NCBI GenBank assembly: GCA_964612925.1
Contig: CAZTFU010000009.1
Location: forward strand, 4,806-68,805
Direction of reading: 5' to 3'
Length of the DNA: 64,000 nt
DNA from: an uncultured Clostridium sp.
GTDB lineage: Bacteria; Bacillota; Clostridia; Christensenellales; CAG-138
Shown here: positions 59,594 through 64,000 of the stretch, piece after piece
Numbering within the stretch: the first letter of the stretch is position 1
How the letters are laid out: each line of letters opens with the position of its first letter
Translations under genes and position numbers: made by a program
The notes under the pieces: model-generated
The model's database searches: none
Told to the model about the DNA's origin: nothing
What the model saw: only the letters and a program-made list of their open reading frames with translations

Positions 59594-60344
59594 ACGAAAA
59601 AAATCATCTGCTTACTTATTTCAATTATAACAATTGCAATGCTTACTTCCTGCGCACCGACTGTTTCGGTTGAGGAGGACGTTATACCCGAAACGGAACC
59701 GACGCCCCTGCCCACCGTTACCCCCACACCCGAGCCCCAAGCGGGCGAAAGCTATGACCACCACAGGGAGCTTGTTACCTGCAGAGTAAACGAAAACAAA
59801 AAAGGATACAAAGGATACTTGGAAGGTGAAATCCCCTACCGAAACGCCCGACCCGACATGGGTTGTTGAAGCTACGGACGGAGACATCGTAACATACAGC
59901 AGAACCTATTGCGATCATTTTGGATATACATATGAATACATCCCGTGCCAAATAAATCCGAACGAGCAAGACGAAATAGTCTATACAACAATAACAACAG
60001 AGCACTACGAAGCCGAAGGTTATCACTATAATTTTGGGGAAATAATATCTGACGAGGACGGGCTTGTAACATACAGAGAATATGATTGCTCAGAATCGCA
60101 CAAATACATTATAACAATAGAGCATATACCCTGCCATCTTTGCCCCGAATCGGGACTTGAGGATGTGATGGAGTACAGGAAGGTTCATATTTCAGGCAAC
60201 AAGCCCGGCAAAGAATACACAGTGGAAAGTGCAGACGGTGACTGGACGCTGTATTCACGCATAACGGGATGCACCGATTACCATAAAGCAATGGCAGAAG
60301 TTTATGCCGCCAGAGCACAAGCCGCCGCAGATAATGCGGAATAG
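59594..60344 (+). pseudogene. Probable degraded lipoprotein gene (ACG start, internal frameshift)
   Basis: AGGAGG RBS followed by ACG-KKIICLLISIITIAMLTSC (lipobox); this frame ends at 59869 while a second frame is open 59790-60344. Confidence 0.6.
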
Positions 60345-60428
60345 AGATGTATAAACGCATCGACCATGATGATTTATTGTCGCGGTGGTGCTTTATAAAT
60401 AATATGTTCACAAAGGAGAGGGGAAACC

Positions 60429-61199
60429 ATGAGAAAACTATTACTGCTTACATTAGCCTTATGTATGCTGCTTTGCGCTTGTCAGGCCGTGCCGAACGAT
60501 TCGCAAAACGAGTCGGACGGAGCGGAGGTACAAAATGCCGCCACGCTCGGCTCTTCCGCTCAGGTTTCGGGTGCGCCTGCCGCAGAACAGTCCGCAGAGC
60601 CGACCGCCGAGCTTGACGATGAGGGTAAAATCAAGCTTACCATAGAAAACTACTTTGCATGTCGGCATGAGCTGGTTTCATCCATTACCGATGATGCGTT
60701 TGATACGCAGTCCGATGCCGCATTGCGGCTTGCCGCCTGCTGTGCGGGAGACGAATTTGTAAACGAGGTGCTTGTGACGGCTCAAATGAGTTATGAGCAA
60801 AAGCAGCTTACCAAGCAATACTGCGGCACGGATTTGTCATATGCAAGCTATAGCTGCAATGTTGAATATGATGAGCTTGACATATCAGACAATGAGGCCT
60901 CGGCGAACGTGACCGACTGCGCCGTTGTCTACTTTGCACAGGATAGCGAGGTTGAGAGCAACTCAAGCGATGCTCACACGCTAAAGCTTGAAAAGCAGGG
61001 CGACGAATGGAAGATAGTTTCGGACGAAAGCCCCGAAAAGTCCCCCGCCGCATATTATTCGCAAAGATATAATGCTTATCTTGAAGAATACGCGGCTTCT
61101 TATGACAATGCGGACGTGGCAAGCAGGAATGAGTATATACTCGAAGCATTTCGTGCCGCGGTCATAAGCGGGCTTGAAGCAGGCGGATTCAGCGCCTAA
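60429..61199 (+). CDS. Hypothetical lipoprotein
   Basis: Lipobox LCAC; 'HTLKLEKQGDEWKIVSD' NTF2-like end motif. Confidence 0.7.
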   Translation: MRKLLLLTLALCMLLCACQAVPNDSQNESDGAEVQNAATLGSSAQVSGAPAAEQSAEPTAELDDEGKIKLTIENYFACRHELVSSITDDAFDTQSDAALRLAACCAGDEFVNEVLVTAQMSYEQKQLTKQYCGTDLSYASYSCNVEYDELDISDNEASANVTDCAVVYFAQDSEVESNSSDAHTLKLEKQGDEWKIVSDESPEKSPAAYYSQRYNAYLEEYAASYDNADVASRNEYILEAFRAAVISGLEAGGFSA

Positions 61200-61226
61200 A
61201 ATATTGCATTTTTTAGTAAATAGTTG

Positions 61227-61255
61227 TTGACAATGCGGGGCGGCAGCCTTATAAT
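61227..61255 (+). promoter_or_regulatory. sigmaA promoter of infC-rpmI-rplT
   Basis: TTGACA-17 nt-TATAAT. Confidence 0.75.
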
Positions 61256-61265
61256 ATCAAAGGTC

Positions 61266-61392
61266 AAAGCAGAAGCCCCGCTTCTCACCCGCCAACAAAT
61301 GCGTTAGGCGCGGTAAGTAAAGATTGTGTATTGCGTTAATGCGTAGTATATCACAGGTGGGTGCTTTGCATCCACTATTTTTTATGGAGGTG
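61266..61392 (+). ncRNA. Ribosomal protein L20 leader (autoregulatory element)
   Basis: gcagaagccccgcttctcacc... plus hairpin gtgggtgc-ttt-gcatccac-tatttttt upstream of infC, as in Firmicutes L20 leaders. Confidence 0.7.
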
Positions 61393-61399
61393 TACCAAC

Positions 61400-61915
61400 A
61401 TAGCCAGTCAAGAGTTACTGATCAACGAAGAGATTCGGGACAGCGAAGTCCGTCTTATCGACGAAAACGGCAACCAGCAGGGCATCGTTACCATTGATGT
61501 TGCGCTGAGAATGGCTGAAAACGCCGACCTTGACCTTGTCAAGATCGCACCCACAGCCGTGCCGCCCGTGTGCAAAATAATGGACTATGGCAAATACCGC
61601 TTCGAGCAGATCAAACGGGAAAAGGAAAACCGCAAAAACCAGAAGGTCATCGAGTTGAAGGAGATCCGCCTTTCCGCAACGATCGATCAGCACGATATGG
61701 AAGTAAAAGCGAAAGCCTGCCAGAAGTTCCTCGGCAACGGGGACAAGGTAAAGGTGACCATTCGCTTCAAGGGGCGCCAGATAAAGCACGGCGACCTTGG
61801 AATGGATGTGATGGACGCTTTCTACGAAATGGTGAAGGACGTAGCATCGGTTGACAAGCCCGCCAAACAGGAAGGGCGCAACATGATAATGATACTGATG
61901 CCCAAAGCAAACTAA
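61400..61915 (+). CDS. infC: Translation initiation factor IF-3 (non-canonical ATA start)
   Basis: GGAGG RBS then in-frame ATA; INEEIR, PPVCKIMDYGKYRFE, KVKVTIRFKGR. Confidence 0.92.
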   Translation: MASQELLINEEIRDSEVRLIDENGNQQGIVTIDVALRMAENADLDLVKIAPTAVPPVCKIMDYGKYRFEQIKREKENRKNQKVIELKEIRLSATIDQHDMEVKAKACQKFLGNGDKVKVTIRFKGRQIKHGDLGMDVMDAFYEMVKDVASVDKPAKQEGRNMIMILMPKAN

Positions 61916-61942
61916 ACAAATTTTCCAAGGAGGACATACCCC

Positions 61943-62140
61943 ATGCCTAAAATCAAAACCCACAGGGGTGCAGCTAAGAGGTTCAGCCTTACCAAGGGCG
62001 GCAAAGTCAAGCGCGCCAAGGCTTACAAGAGCCACATCCTGACCAAGAAGAGCACCAAGAGACTGCGCGGACTGCGCCAGACCGGCTACATCGCAGAATG
62101 CGAAGCCAAGAAAGTACGCGAGCTCATTCCGTATAAGTAA
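61943..62140 (+). CDS. rpmI: 50S ribosomal protein L35
   Basis: [14 protein letters not shown]. Confidence 0.97.
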   Translation: MPKIKTHRGAAKRFSLTKGGKVKRAKAYKSHILTKKSTKRLRGLRQTGYIAECEAKKVRELIPYK

Positions 62141-62155
62141 GGAGGAACAAACAAT

Positions 62156-62512
62156 ATGGCAAGGATCAAAAGGGCGGTAAACGCCGTTAAAAAACGCCGC
62201 AAGGTATTTAAGCTTTCAAAGGGCTATTTCGGAGCAAAGTCCAAGCAGTATCGCGCCGCTTCTCAGCAGGTCATGCGCTCCATGGCGTATGCCTATGTCG
62301 GACGCAAGAACAAGAAGCGCGAATATCGCAAGCTGTGGATTGCCCGTATCAACGCGGCAGCGCGTATGTGCGGCACCAACTACAGCCGCCTCATCAACGG
62401 TCTTAAGCTGGCCGGTGTTGACGTAAACCGCAAGGTTTTGGCCGAACTCGCCGTAAGCGATATGGCCGCCTTCAAGCAGCTTGTTGACGTTGCCAACAAC
62501 GCCAAGGCTTAA
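62156..62512 (+). CDS. rplT: 50S ribosomal protein L20
   Basis: MARIKR...KGYFG...[11 protein letters not shown]. Confidence 0.97.
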   Translation: MARIKRAVNAVKKRRKVFKLSKGYFGAKSKQYRAASQQVMRSMAYAYVGRKNKKREYRKLWIARINAAARMCGTNYSRLINGLKLAGVDVNRKVLAELAVSDMAAFKQLVDVANNAKA

Positions 62513-62836
62513 TAGAAAGCGCAACAATTCAAAACAAAGAACGGCAGCCACCGTTCTTTTTTATTTAAGTCAATGGTATTGTGAGGAGTTCGACTGCTTA
62601 TGCCCTCTCCCCCATGCTTTTATTCCCGTATTCAAGGTATTTTCATATGTCCGCAACGGTACAGGCGGAATTTGCGTCGTCCGCTTGGCGCATGATCATC
62701 ATCCGACCAACGCACGTTGTGTGCGCATATAATGCACAAATATTGTTGCTCATGCAAGGCACAATTTTCTTTGCATATCAAAAGCCGAGAATTATCTCGG
62801 CTTTTGTCATACAGTATTATAATTGTGGCAACCGGT

Positions 62837-64000
62837 TTATTCGCTGAGAATAGCGTCGCTGGCTTCCTCACGGAACTGCGTGGTGTAAAGGTCATAGTAG
62901 TAGCCGCGCTTGGCAATAAGCTCGCTATGCGTGCCCTGCTCCGTTATTCTGCCGCCGCGGATAACAAGTATCCTGTCCGCATTGCGGATGGTTGACAGCC
63001 TGTGCGCCACGATAAAGCTCGTGCGGTTATCAAGCACCGTTGTTATGGCATTTTGAATAAGCTGCTCGGTTTCGGTATCGATGCTGCTTGTGGCCTCGTC
63101 AAGCACGAAAATGCGCGGATCCGCAAGTATTACCCTCGCAAAGGATATAAGCTGCTTTTCGCCCGTAGAAAGCCTTACGCCGCCCTCGCCAACCTCGGTA
63201 TCATAGCCCTTATCTTGGCGGAGTATAAACTCCTCGGCATGTACCATGCGTGCCGCGGCATGAACCTCCTCATCGGTAGCATCCATGCGGCCGTAGCGGA
63301 TATTGTCGGCTATGGTTCCGCTGAAAAGATGGGGCGATTGCAGCACATAGCCAAGGCTAGACTGGAGCCATAGCTGACTGCGTTCGCGATAGTCCCGCCC
63401 GTCTATAAGCACGCGGCCGCTTGTCGGCTCATAGAAGCGGCAGACAAGATTGACAATGGTGCTTTTGCCTGCGCCCGTTTCGCCAACAAGTGCTATCGTT
63501 TCGCCCGCATTAACGTGCAGATTGAAATCGTGCAGCACCGTTTCGCCCTCTTTATAGGCAAAATCCACGTGTTCAAATTCAACCTCGCCCTGTATCGGTT
63601 CCCAATTTTCACGCTTGGGGTCAAAGCTGTCACCGTATTTCTCAACCACCTCGGGAGAATCGACTATTTCGCACGGCGTATCTATAAGCGATACAACTCG
63701 CTCCGCACTGGCCTGTGCGCTTTGAAGCTCCGCAAGTATGCCCGCAAGCTGCTGAATGGGCTCAAAGAAATTCGTGGCATAGGATATGAATGCCGAAAGT
63801 GTGCCGAATGTTATAACGCCGCCAAGCACGTCAAGGCCGCCCTTATGAAGCACTATTGCCGTGCCGATTGAGCCCAAGAACATAACTATCGGCATAAACA
63901 GTGCGCTCAGCAGTGCGGAACGGATTGAAATGTGCTTCATTTCGCTCGTAAGTTCCTTAAATTCAGAGTAGTTATCCTCCTCGCGGACAAGGGTTTTTGT
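62837..64000 (-). CDS. ABC exporter (fused permease/ATPase, MsbA/MdlB type); 5' end outside the window
   Basis: GETGAGKST, LSTGEKQ, LDEATSSID, AHRLSTI. Confidence 0.9.
   Translation of the reverse strand, partial: TKTLVREEDNYSEFKELTSEMKHISIRSALLSALFMPIVMFLGSIGTAIVLHKGGLDVLGGVITFGTLSAFISYATNFFEPIQQLAGILAELQSAQASAERVVSLIDTPCEIVDSPEVVEKYGDSFDPKRENWEPIQGEVEFEHVDFAYKEGETVLHDFNLHVNAGETIALVGETGAGKSTIVNLVCRFYEPTSGRVLIDGRDYRERSQLWLQSSLGYVLQSPHLFSGTIADNIRYGRMDATDEEVHAAARMVHAEEFILRQDKGYDTEVGEGGVRLSTGEKQLISFARVILADPRIFVLDEATSSIDTETEQLIQNAITTVLDNRTSFIVAHRLSTIRNADRILVIRGGRITEQGTHSELIAKRGYYYDLYTTQFREEASDAILSE

Noticed and set aside
62560-62830. Short ORFs between rplT and the ABC transporter
   Set aside because: No RBS or motif support; the region is bounded by terminator hairpins near 62535 and 62790.
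1-64000. CRISPR array, prophage or retroelement
   Set aside because: No regularly spaced repeats, phage structural genes, reverse transcriptase or transposase seen.

Overview
Core chromosomal segment of a spore-forming Clostridia-type bacterium (Bacillota; spoIVFA/B, cotJABC, SCIFF ranthipeptide locus, ispH-rpsA fusion, L20 leader). It contains cell-wall and sporulation genes (rodA-spoIVFA-spoIVFB; FHA-SEDS-bPBP), pgi, a CadC/CadA metal locus, HtrA, an orphan OSBS/NSAR-type enolase-family gene paired with a serine hydrolase, tRNA-Leu(TAA), cysK-cysE, cotJABC, scfA-scfB, alr, the surE-rpiR-cmk-plsC-ispH/rpsA operon, rpsU, an oppABCDF operon, a complete aro/tyrA/pheA operon and infC-rpmI-rplT. 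I saw no prophage, CRISPR array or transposase. The most notable signals are not in the ORF track. (1) A 17-codon Phe/Tyr-rich leader peptide with a classical pause/antiterminator/terminator layout precedes the aromatic amino-acid operon. (2) The OppC permease carries a ~200-aa inserted tandem repeat resembling degenerate CBM26-like modules. (3) There are two different transposase-less miniature elements: one with 21-bp perfect TIRs and a 4-bp TSD that disrupts a kinase gene, and one inserted in a terminator with a 17-bp duplication. (4) A ~200-nt rod-like candidate ncRNA lies upstream of tRNA-Leu. All family assignments come from motif recognition by eye, not database searches.
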